Shown here: in pieces, positions 19,376-28,157 of the stretch | Numbering within the stretch: the stretch's first letter is position 1 | Layout of the letters: the number at the start of each line of letters is the position of its first letter | The notes under the pieces: model-generated | Databases searched by the model: none | What the model was told of the DNA's origin: nothing | The model's input: only the letters and a program-made list of their open reading frames with translations | NCBI GenBank assembly: GCA_021323945.1 | Contig: JAJPKA010000018.1 | Coordinates: forward strand, 162,853-226,852 | Length of the DNA stretch: 64,000 nt | Direction of reading: 5' to 3' | From: Pseudomonadota bacterium | GTDB lineage: Bacteria > Desulfobacterota > Binatia > Binatales > Binataceae | Position numbers and translations under genes: made by a program

Positions 19376-19661
19376 TGCGCCGCATTTGCGCCGAGTGCAA
19401 ATATTGGCTCTCGATGTAACGGGAAAGAGGTCCCAGAGTGGTCAGCTGCTCGGGGTCGAGCTCCGACAAGTCGATGGTGATCTCAAGCTCCCGCTCCAGT
19501 GCAGCAATCAATTCGACAATGCCCAGCGAGTCGATGAGTCCCGAAGTTAGGAGGTCGAAGTCATCGGTGAGCTCTGCAGGGACGAGCCCCATCTCAGCAA
19601 TCGAGGACCCTAGATGTCGTAGGATGAGCGATCTGACGTATTCTCCGGAACCGCAACTCAT
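19368..19661 (-). CDS. Acyl/aminoacyl carrier protein (DltC-like)
   Basis: DLLTSGLIDSLGIVELI phosphopantetheine-Ser motif; ATGA overlap with the adenylation gene stop. Confidence 0.9.
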   Translation of the reverse strand: MSCGSGEYVRSLILRHLGSSIAEMGLVPAELTDDFDLLTSGLIDSLGIVELIAALERELEITIDLSELDPEQLTTLGPLSRYIESQYLHSAQMRRSA

Positions 19662-21253
19662 ATCCCAGCCTCCAGCATTTTGATCAGCTGTCCGCGATCA
19701 ATTTTGCCGCTTCCGTTTAGAGGCCAGCAATCAATCAGGTGTATCCTGCGGGGCACGGCATAACGTGGCAGTCTGGCCTTAAGCCGCTCGCGAAGCGTAT
19801 CAACGTCGACGGCGGTCGAAGTGAGAAATGCTTCAACACTCGCCGCGCCATTGGTGCGCAAGGGCCAGCCGACCGCAACGGCGACGTCCACGCCGGCTTC
19901 GTCTCTGAGAACTGCTTCAATCTCCTGCAATTCAACCCGATAACCTTGTACCTTGATTTGATGGTCGAGGCGCCCGCGGAATTGCAAAGGACTGTCGGAA
20001 CTGTTCTGGCAAACCCGGTCTCCGGTCCGATAATAAATTGATTGCTTCCCGGGTGGGATAACGAATGATTGCGCGGTTTTCTCCGGATCGCGCCAGTAAC
20101 CCAGTGAGACTTGGGGTCCGGAGACGAGCAGTTCACCCTCCTGGCCGTAGGGCACTTCACGCAAATCATCATCGACAATCAGCGTTTTCATGCCAGGAAG
20201 AGGAGCGCCAATTGGCACTATATTGCGCTCAGACTCGGAGGGAGAGCGGTCGTTGTCCCATCTATAAGCCGTACACGCAATGGTCGCTTCAGTGGGCCCG
20301 TAAAGATTTTCGAGCGTGCTCGAGGGAGCGGCCGCGGACCAGGCCACGGCCAGCTCCACCGGTAAGGCCTCGCCGCAGAACAGGCTCCAGCGCAGCGAGG
20401 GAAAAGCCGCCGGCTTTAACGCTCCGAGTTGCTTCATCATCAAGGCAACTGAAGGTACCGAGAACCAGACGGTCAGGGTTGCATCGCGGATAAAATGAGC
20501 CGGGTTTAACAAAGCCTTGCGGCTAGGGCAGCAAACGCATGCACCTCTTTCCCAGGCGACGAACATGTCGAACACGGACAGGTCGAACGTCAAGTCAAAC
20601 GTCTGCGAGAATCGATCGAATTGATTGATTGCGTAACGCTCGGCAGCTGTCCGCACAAAATGAACGACGTTGTTGTGGGAGACGGCGACAGCTTTCGGCT
20701 CTCCGGTTGAACCTGAGGTGAACAACAGATAGGCGAGTGCCTCGGGCGAAGATCCAACCGGAAGACTGGCGCTGCAGGAACTCAGGCTATCTTTACCGAC
20801 AAACACGTGCTGAGGCCACTGACTGACGTATCGGCTGACATCGGCACACTCGGGCATAAGAACAACAATGGGCGCGGTCAAGCCTTCCAACACCTGCCCG
20901 AGTTGAGTCTGCGCGACCTGATCAACGATGATTGAACGGCATTCCGAGCGGCGCAGCATCAGGTTAGTTCGCCCCGGCGGAAAAGCGGGGTTCAGTGGAA
21001 CGTAGCCATGACCTGCCATCAGGCTTCCAAGAACGCCGGCAAATCCGGTTATGGAGCGATCGGCGAAAATCGCGGTCAGTCGCGGTTCAGTGGGCGGCAG
21101 GTTCTCCAACAAGGTCGCCCCAAAGCTTCTCGCAATATTGTAAAGCGCCTGATAGGTGAGGCGCGCCCCGCCGGCTTCGATCGCAACCCGGTCGGGATAA
21201 TGCTCAACCGAGCTCAAGAAACCACCGAGGAGTGAGCGCGTGAGACAGGGCAT
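19658..21253 (-). CDS. Stand-alone amino acid adenylation enzyme (DltA-like)
   Basis: LAYLLFTSGSTGEPK, TFDLSVFD, LFCGEAL, NLYGPTEAT, YRTGD, QIKVQGYRVEL, NGSGKIDR; no condensation domain. Confidence 0.93.
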   Translation of the reverse strand: MPCLTRSLLGGFLSSVEHYPDRVAIEAGGARLTYQALYNIARSFGATLLENLPPTEPRLTAIFADRSITGFAGVLGSLMAGHGYVPLNPAFPPGRTNLMLRRSECRSIIVDQVAQTQLGQVLEGLTAPIVVLMPECADVSRYVSQWPQHVFVGKDSLSSCSASLPVGSSPEALAYLLFTSGSTGEPKAVAVSHNNVVHFVRTAAERYAINQFDRFSQTFDLTFDLSVFDMFVAWERGACVCCPSRKALLNPAHFIRDATLTVWFSVPSVALMMKQLGALKPAAFPSLRWSLFCGEALPVELAVAWSAAAPSSTLENLYGPTEATIACTAYRWDNDRSPSESERNIVPIGAPLPGMKTLIVDDDLREVPYGQEGELLVSGPQVSLGYWRDPEKTAQSFVIPPGKQSIYYRTGDRVCQNSSDSPLQFRGRLDHQIKVQGYRVELQEIEAVLRDEAGVDVAVAVGWPLRTNGAASVEAFLTSTAVDVDTLRERLKARLPRYAVPRRIHLIDCWPLNGSGKIDRGQLIKMLEAGI

Positions 21254-21335
21254 TAGCGTGATTACTCCGCAAACAGGCGTAAGCGATTCGACGGTGCTAA
21301 ACGAACCAACACTGGCCAGTTCGCCAACGATCTAT

Positions 21336-22397
21336 TCAATCGATGAGGCACGACCTGGCCTTTTCGAGGTACTTGGCCTTGGCCAGCGCAAACGTCTCCG
21401 CTGCCTCTTGCAGATCGGACGGCTGCAAGGGAATGTCTAGGATATAAGTGCTGAACCCAGCCATCATGTATTTTGCCAACTCATCCGCAACCTCATCTCG
21501 GCTGCCGACTAGATACGGGCAGAAGGTATTGTAGTTCTTGAATGGCCACAACCAGTAGAGCCCGTGGTGAGTTTCGCCGCCGGTTGAAATGTCGGATAGC
21601 TGTTTATGCCACTGCGAATCAGAAACTTTCATCGCGAGCATATGCTTCAGTTGACCCGCGCGATCGCCCGGAAAGCGACTATGGGCGGTTTCCCATGCCT
21701 GCTCCGAGGTTTGTGCCGTAATCAGGCCAACCCGAATGCCGCAATTCTTGCGAGGCTCGATGTTGTCGTCGCTATTTTTCGGTTGCGGATACTCTACCGC
21801 AATCGCACCAATTGAATGGGCGGCCTCACGGCCCGCCTCAGATGAACCTGAGATTAACAAACGGGGAAAGAGTTCGGCCGGTAAGCTTGGTTTCAAAACC
21901 AAATTCTTTACCTGGTAATAGTGTCCGGAAAATGAAAAGGGGCGATTCTGCGCCAGTAGACCCTTGATTATTAGGGTATACTCAATCAGTCGGCTGTATC
22001 GTTGGTCATGTGGGGTCTGATCGCATAACGCTAGCAAGTCATTGCGGAAGCCGCCGGCGATCATGTTGAGCGAAATCCGTCGGCCATATAAATATGACAG
22101 AGAAGCGACCATCTTCGCTGCGGCAAAGGGATGCATGTAGACTGGCTGAACCGCTACTAACGGCGAGAGTTTCTCAGTCTGCTCAATCACCAACTGAGCC
22201 GCGAGCCAGGGATCTACCAGCGAATTATCAGAATAAATCAGAATACCGGCACACCCCGCTTCTTCACTCCAGCGTGCTACCTCGGTCAACCGACGGCTAA
22301 AGGACTGCGGTGTATGGTCGGCTGACTGGGGAGCGGTCGAGAACAGTTCAACAGACAAGGCATCCGCCCGCCGGGTACACACTTCACCATATACCAT
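21336..22397 (-). CDS. Luciferase-like (LLM) flavin-dependent monooxygenase, SsuD-related
   Basis: DPWLAAQ...LSPLVAVQP, LNMIAGG, HDQRY, FSGHYY, ISGSSEAG, LVGSRDEVA. Confidence 0.88.
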   Translation of the reverse strand: MVYGEVCTRRADALSVELFSTAPQSADHTPQSFSRRLTEVARWSEEAGCAGILIYSDNSLVDPWLAAQLVIEQTEKLSPLVAVQPVYMHPFAAAKMVASLSYLYGRRISLNMIAGGFRNDLLALCDQTPHDQRYSRLIEYTLIIKGLLAQNRPFSFSGHYYQVKNLVLKPSLPAELFPRLLISGSSEAGREAAHSIGAIAVEYPQPKNSDDNIEPRKNCGIRVGLITAQTSEQAWETAHSRFPGDRAGQLKHMLAMKVSDSQWHKQLSDISTGGETHHGLYWLWPFKNYNTFCPYLVGSRDEVADELAKYMMAGFSTYILDIPLQPSDLQEAAETFALAKAKYLEKARSCLID

Positions 22398-22762
22398 AGC
22401 ATGTCATCCCTGCCGGATCCGAATGTCATCAGTAAAGTAAAGCCTGTTCAGTAGGTTGAAGATGCCATTAGTTCTCAACAGCCCAAAGAAGGCCTCGGCA
22501 GCTCGCCACTCACCGATACAAGGATATTAAGAACAGGACTCAGGTAAATTGCCAAGTCTAAGGGGAATTTTCCTCAATTACTTAACCGTTGCACGTAAGA
22601 GAAGCAAAAAGTGAACCGTTATAGCTTCGAAAGATCGCGGCCAGAAATTCTCATTAGCTAGCGAGGAGCACATGCTCCATCCCTGCCCGGATGTAGTTTT
22701 TTTTACAGACCCAGCCCCGCAACTATTTGAACCGCCTTTATGTCCCGCGGCCAGCCTTATAT

Positions 22763-23659
22763 TCAGAAGTGGCTAGGTTCCCGCTCCCGACGATTATCCC
22801 GTTCTAGTTGAACGGTCATGTGCCGGATGTTGAACTTGTGTTCAAGCAGAGCAGAAATATCGGAGAGGACGCGATCTTGGTCCGCGTCTTCTGCCACGAC
22901 TGCGTGCGCTGAAAGAGCGAATTGATGGCTGGTCAGACACCAGACATGCAAATCGTGCAGCTCCCTGGTACCGCTGATCTTCAGCAGATCTTTCTTGAGC
23001 TCATCGAGATTGACGCCCGCCGGGACCGATTCCATCAGGATATCCACGCCCTCGCGGATCAGCCCCCAGGAGCCAAAAATTATCAGACAACCGATGAACA
23101 AACTTACAGCCGAGTCTGCTCGTCGCCAGCCGAGGTAGGTGAGCGCCCCCGCGATTAGGACCCCAGCCGAACCTACGAGGTCGGCCAGCGCATGTGTCAT
23201 GATCGCCCGCAGAGCGATCCCGCGCGCCGAGCGGCGAGGTCCGAGCGTTATCCACACGAGGAGAAAATTCATGAGGATTCCGATCCCCGCAATTATCATT
23301 AGGGGCAAACCATTTAGTACTGGTGGGTTGCGCAACCGCTGAACTGCCTCAAGCCACAGGAATGCGACCAGAACCCAAAGAATTAATCCGTTGAAGACTG
23401 CCCCGAGAATTTCTGCGCGAACGTAGCCGTAGGTTTTGCCGGCGCTAGCAGGCCGCGACGAAATCCACAGCGTGAACAGAGCAAGGCACACCGTCGCAAT
23501 GTCGGTCAGCATATGGAGGGCGTCGCTCAACAGAGCCAGACTGTCGATCAACCAGCCGGTGGTCAGCTCCGCGACAAAATAGAGCACGGTAATCGCCAAG
23601 ACGACCTGTAGTCGCCATCGCTGTTCGTTGTGGAGATAATGCGAACGAATCGATTCCAA
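22763..23659 (-). CDS. Cation diffusion facilitator (CzcD/ZitB-like) transporter
   Basis: SLALLSDALHMLTD, TYGYVRAEIL, HALAD, HDLHVW, HMTVQLE. Confidence 0.93.
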   Translation of the reverse strand: MESIRSHYLHNEQRWRLQVVLAITVLYFVAELTTGWLIDSLALLSDALHMLTDIATVCLALFTLWISSRPASAGKTYGYVRAEILGAVFNGLILWVLVAFLWLEAVQRLRNPPVLNGLPLMIIAGIGILMNFLLVWITLGPRRSARGIALRAIMTHALADLVGSAGVLIAGALTYLGWRRADSAVSLFIGCLIIFGSWGLIREGVDILMESVPAGVNLDELKKDLLKISGTRELHDLHVWCLTSHQFALSAHAVVAEDADQDRVLSDISALLEHKFNIRHMTVQLERDNRREREPSHF

Positions 23660-23743
23660 ATGGCTATTCGACCGGGATACCTAGAGCAAATTAATCTGCA
23701 CGGTCAAGTCGCCCTTCTACAAGCCGACATGCGTGGGGCAGGT

Positions 23744-24265
23744 TCAGTCGTATTCAACCAGTGAAGAGCAAACGATAGGCTCAAGCCTTTGCCGACCGCC
23801 TAAGGCCTTGAGTTCGATTACAAACGCGCAGCCAGCCACTTCGCCCCCCAATTTCTGTACGAGCCTCACGGCTGCCAAAGCAGTTCCCCCAGTCGCCAGA
23901 AGGTCATCGACCACCAAAACTCGCGAACGCCCTGCGAGTCCGTCCTGATGCACATGAAGAGCGGCCGTGCCATATTCAAGCTCGTAGCTCTCCGCGATAG
24001 TTTGGTAGGGCAGTTTGCCGGGCTTGCGGGCGATGGTTAACCCGACGCCTAAGCGGTAAGCCACCGGCGCGCCAATTATAAATCCTCGCGACTCAATTCC
24101 GAGCACCTGGTCGACTTTGCCGAGCCAGGGTTCCGCGATCTGGTCGACGACTGCCGCCAATCCACGCGGATCACTGATAAGAGGCGTGATGTCACGGAAG
24201 AGGATTCCCGGCTGAGGAAAATCCGGGATATCACGAATCATTTGTTTCATTTCATCAGGAGTCAT
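23744..24265 (-). CDS. apt: Adenine phosphoribosyltransferase
   Basis: PDFPQPGILFRDITPL, ESRGF, RKPGKLP, YELEYG, VDDLLATGGT. ATG 24265 follows GGAGG. Confidence 0.97.
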   Translation of the reverse strand: MTPDEMKQMIRDIPDFPQPGILFRDITPLISDPRGLAAVVDQIAEPWLGKVDQVLGIESRGFIIGAPVAYRLGVGLTIARKPGKLPYQTIAESYELEYGTAALHVHQDGLAGRSRVLVVDDLLATGGTALAAVRLVQKLGGEVAGCAFVIELKALGGRQRLEPIVCSSLVEYD

Positions 24266-24446
24266 CGTGACCTCCCACAATCAACTTCCCGAGCCTGCCT
24301 GGTGCCGGGTGTGCTCGATCGCACGAGCTTCTCTCGGCCAACCAACATATCATATCTCATGCATTGACTTGCTCGACGATTCGTCCGTCTTGAGTGGCTA
24401 GCGGGATAAAACCTTACGAGAACAAAGCGGTATGACCAGTGCAGCA

Positions 24447-25199
24447 CTACCACCCGCTGTTGCGGGCGAATTTGACGGTGCCATCGGTCTGCAACGGTGG
24501 CAGGAATGACAAGGGATCCTGAGGTTGGCCATGATAGCGAACCTCGAAGTGAAGATTCGGACCGGTAGTCCGGCCAGTAGCGCCGAGTTCCGCAATTGCC
24601 TGACCTCGCATCACATAGGCGCCACTAGACACAAGGTTACGGCGATTGTGGCCGTACACCGTGACGTAACCGTTTAGATGGCGTAATATTATGGCGTTGC
24701 CGTATCCGCGTAGTCGCCCCGAAAAAATCACAGTGCCTTCGGCGGCCGCATGGACGGGCGTTCCCGCTCCGGCCGCAATGTCGATCCCGTCATGCATTAC
24801 GCCATTGCGCATGCCGAACGGCGAAGACACGTAACCCACATCAACGGGCCACGCGAACAGTCGCCCGGTTCCCGGCAGGAACGGAACGCGTGAGTAGGTC
24901 AAAGGTCGATCGATTGCTGGGCTGGTCGGCACTACCAATACCTCGCCCGCCAGCAACTCCCTAGCATCGGTCAGCCCGTTAGCTTCCATAAGACTTCTGG
25001 CCGTCACTCCGTATGCGTGTGCTATACGATAAATGGTTTCACCGGGCAGGACTCGATGGGTCAGCGGGGAAGCTGGCCGGAAGGGTGACGAGTTGAGCCG
25101 CGGAGTCGGGCTTGCACAGCCCACGATTACGGCAGCCGCAAGCGCCGGCCACGGGACACTCGCAAAGATTCTCCGACCCCGTTCGAACTGCGTAGCCAC
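24447..25199 (-). CDS. LysM + M23 peptidase lipoprotein (NlpD-like)
   Basis: Lipobox IVGC, LysM HRVLPGETIYRIA, M23 motifs HDGID, YGH and HFEVR; follows pcm. Confidence 0.9.
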   Translation of the reverse strand: MATQFERGRRIFASVPWPALAAAVIVGCASPTPRLNSSPFRPASPLTHRVLPGETIYRIAHAYGVTARSLMEANGLTDARELLAGEVLVVPTSPAIDRPLTYSRVPFLPGTGRLFAWPVDVGYVSSPFGMRNGVMHDGIDIAAGAGTPVHAAAEGTVIFSGRLRGYGNAIILRHLNGYVTVYGHNRRNLVSSGAYVMRGQAIAELGATGRTTGPNLHFEVRYHGQPQDPLSFLPPLQTDGTVKFARNSGW

Positions 25200-25254
25200 C
25201 CCACCTCCACACCACCTCGAGCACCGTGGTTAGCGCTAAGGCTCAACGCAGGTA

Positions 25255-25905
25255 TCAAAACCCGTGTTTACCAGTCATCTTGACGAAACGACATTCACCA
25301 AAATACTGTTCCTGCCACGAACCGTTAATGTTCTGCAGGCGAACAAGCGTTTGTAAATCCTCTTCGCCAATCGGCGCGATCAATTTGCCGCCCGGACTGA
25401 GTTGATCAACTAATGGGCGTGCTATCCCGGGCATGGCAGCAGTGACAAGGATTACATCGAATGGCGCTGCTTCGGGCCAGCCTTCAGAACCATCACCACA
25501 ACGGAGGTGAACATTACGCACCCCGATGGTGTCGAGCGCGCGCCGAGCTCGCTCGAGCAACTCAGGAATTACCTCCATCGAGTAAACCTCTGCTGCCAGC
25601 TGCGAGAGCACGGCTGTCTGGTAGCCTGAACCGGTGCCGATTTCGAGGACGCGCTCGCTGCCTTTGAGTTCGGCTACCTCAGTCATTAAGGCAACAATAT
25701 ATGGTTGAGAAATTGTTTGCGAGGAACCAATTGGTAGCGGTCCATCATCGTAAGCATGGTCGACGTATTCGGGCGGGATGAATCGGTCGCGCTCGACTGT
25801 GCGCATGGCCGCCAGCACACGCGGATCTTTAATGCCGCGCCGTTCAAGCTGTTCGACTACCATCCGCTCGCGTGCCTGATTAAGGTCCAATCGCAAACGC
25901 CCCAT
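25255..25905 (-). CDS. pcm: Protein-L-isoaspartate O-methyltransferase
   Basis: QTISQPYIVA, VLEIGTGSGYQ, GDGSEGWPEAAPFD. Confidence 0.97.
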   Translation of the reverse strand: MGRLRLDLNQARERMVVEQLERRGIKDPRVLAAMRTVERDRFIPPEYVDHAYDDGPLPIGSSQTISQPYIVALMTEVAELKGSERVLEIGTGSGYQTAVLSQLAAEVYSMEVIPELLERARRALDTIGVRNVHLRCGDGSEGWPEAAPFDVILVTAAMPGIARPLVDQLSPGGKLIAPIGEEDLQTLVRLQNINGSWQEQYFGECRFVKMTGKHGF

Positions 25906-25965
25906 GCCCTCGAGCTACTTTAATTATAGCCTTGTCGCTACGACCTCGGTAGGTACTACCGACCC

Positions 25966-27402
25966 TCAATCCGGAAGACCTTCGAGCACGCGTTCCATTT
26001 CGATTCCGCGCGAGCCCTTCACCAGCAACACGTCACCCGCGCGCACGATAGTGCCCGCTAGGAGGGCTGCTGCGGTCGTATCACGTGCGAGGTGAACTCG
26101 GGTGAGCGAAGGGCCGAGGGAGAGCCGATTAACCGCGGCTGTAAACTCGTGGCCGACGGCGATGAATTCTTCGGGTCGTGCATCCAGCACCTCCCGGACG
26201 GCGGCCTCATGCATCGCTGGGGCGAGCTCCCCCAACTCGAGCATATCTCCCAGCGCTACGACGAGACGAGCACGCAGCAGGTCGGCAGTCTCACGCGCCG
26301 CCCGAAGCGCCGCACGCACCGAACGTGGGTTGGCGTTGTAACTGTCGTCGATCACCAAAATCCCGTTTCGATCGTAGACGGATAGTCGCCCCGTCTCTCC
26401 ATGGGCCGAAGCCAACGCCCTGCTGATTGTCGCCATCTGATCCGTCCCGAAAGGCTGAGCCCACGCCGCGGAAGCGGCGGCTATGGCGGCAGCGACATTC
26501 TCAGCGATGGGTTCCCCGATTAGATTTAGCGTTGTCCGGATTCTTGGCGAAATGGTAGGTTCGACCATCCAAGACGCCAGTCCCAATTCAATCTGTTGTT
26601 GACTCGGCCCGATTGGGGCGCGAGACAGGACTTGCACATCAGCGCCAATCCGAGCGCCGAAGGTCGTTAACCGCAACCCTGCGGGCACTCGGGCCATCAG
26701 CAATGGTTCTGAGACCGAAACCACTGCGCACCGGGCGTTACGAAACAGCCCGGCTTCTTCGTCGGCGACGCCGGACAGTGAACCCAGACCCGCTGTATGC
26801 TCAATGTCCACGTTCAGCACCACAGCGATATCCGGTCTCACAATCTCACCGAGCCGTTCGATCTCCCCGCGCTGATTCGTGCCGCACTCAAGCACTGCAG
26901 CGCGATGACGACCTGTCAGTGTCAGCACTGTCATGGGCACGCCGATGAGATTATTTAGATTCCCTGGGGTAGCCAGCACTTCACCGAAAAGGGCGCGCAT
27001 TACCGCTGCGGTAAGCTGCTTGGTTGTGGTCTTGCCAGCCGCGCCACCGATAGCGACTACAGGCAGGGAAGAGACCGCGCGAATGCGCTCGAGATGGTAA
27101 CGCGCGAGTGCCCCTAAAGCCGCCAGCGTGTCGTGGACCTCAAAGCAGGGTAAGGTCGGGTGACGCCGCCCCCGCTCAACCAAGGCGGCCGCTGCTCCTC
27201 TTGCTGCGGCGGCATCAAGAAACTCGTGGCCATCGCGAACGCCGCGGAGGGCCACGAAGAGCGAACCGGGTGCAATCGTCCGCGTGTCGATGCTGACTGC
27301 CTGGACGCGCACGCCACCCGTGTGGGAAAAGCTCGCGCCAGTTGCGCGCAGAATCTCGGCGCTCTCAAAAGCGCACTCATTCACTGGGATGGCTGTCTGC
27401 AT
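25966..27402 (-). CDS. murF: UDP-MurNAc-tripeptide:D-Ala-D-Ala ligase
   Basis: IDTR, LFVALRG..DGH, GKTTTK, NLNNLIGVP, IDDSYNANP, LGDMLELG, LLVKGSRG. Confidence 0.93.
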   Translation of the reverse strand: MQTAIPVNECAFESAEILRATGASFSHTGGVRVQAVSIDTRTIAPGSLFVALRGVRDGHEFLDAAAARGAAAALVERGRRHPTLPCFEVHDTLAALGALARYHLERIRAVSSLPVVAIGGAAGKTTTKQLTAAVMRALFGEVLATPGNLNNLIGVPMTVLTLTGRHRAAVLECGTNQRGEIERLGEIVRPDIAVVLNVDIEHTAGLGSLSGVADEEAGLFRNARCAVVSVSEPLLMARVPAGLRLTTFGARIGADVQVLSRAPIGPSQQQIELGLASWMVEPTISPRIRTTLNLIGEPIAENVAAAIAAASAAWAQPFGTDQMATISRALASAHGETGRLSVYDRNGILVIDDSYNANPRSVRAALRAARETADLLRARLVVALGDMLELGELAPAMHEAAVREVLDARPEEFIAVGHEFTAAVNRLSLGPSLTRVHLARDTTAAALLAGTIVRAGDVLLVKGSRGIEMERVLEGLPD

Positions 27403-27622
27403 TGGCCGCTTCCTGACAGAACTAAGAGGTGACCTGCGTTGCGGTTGAGGGTAGCAAAATGCAACTGGGGGCAGCGTTTTGCGCGCGGTTAAACCCGCTG
27501 TTGACTGGGAGCTTTTCCTGCCTATCGACCAGCCGGCTTGACTCGAATAGAGTGAATAACCGCATCCAAATCCGTGATATTGAATCCTACATCTTCAATT
27601 CTACCAAGCTTGCCGGAGGCAT

Positions 27623-28120
27623 GTGGCTATGGCTGTGGAAAATCCTCTCGTTGCTATCGTCATGGGCAGTAAGAGCGACTGGGAATATATGGCCGCCGGT
27701 GCAGAGGTTTTGGATCAGCTTCAGGTCTCGCATGAAGTTAGGGTGTTATCAGCGCATCGCACACCGGAGCAAACTCTTGACTATGCATCGGCGGCTGCTG
27801 GCCGTGGGTTGAAGGCAATCATTGCTGGCGCCGGGGGCGCCGCGCATCTCGCAGGAGTAATCGCTGCCAAAACCGTGTTACCGGTGATTGGTGTGCCGAT
27901 CCCGTCCACCACACTCAACGGACTCGATTCGCTACTCTCAATTGTCCAGATGCCCAAGGGGGTGCCAGTCGCTACGATGGCCATTGGAAAAGCCGGGGCG
28001 GCCAACGCGGCGCTGTTCGCCGCTGCGATTCTTGCGCTCGATGATGCTCAATTGGGCCAACGACTGCGAGAATGGCGTGCCGTGCGTGCGCGAGAGGTGC
28101 TCGAGGCAAAACTCCCATGA
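27623..28120 (+). CDS. purE: N5-CAIR mutase
   Basis: VMGSKSD, SAHRTP, AGAGGAAHLAG, SIVQMPKGVPV. Confidence 0.97.
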   Translation: MAMAVENPLVAIVMGSKSDWEYMAAGAEVLDQLQVSHEVRVLSAHRTPEQTLDYASAAAGRGLKAIIAGAGGAAHLAGVIAAKTVLPVIGVPIPSTTLNGLDSLLSIVQMPKGVPVATMAIGKAGAANAALFAAAILALDDAQLGQRLREWRAVRAREVLEAKLP

Positions 28121-28157
28121 GCGAATTAACCCCGTTTGAATCGATAGGTATCGTTGT

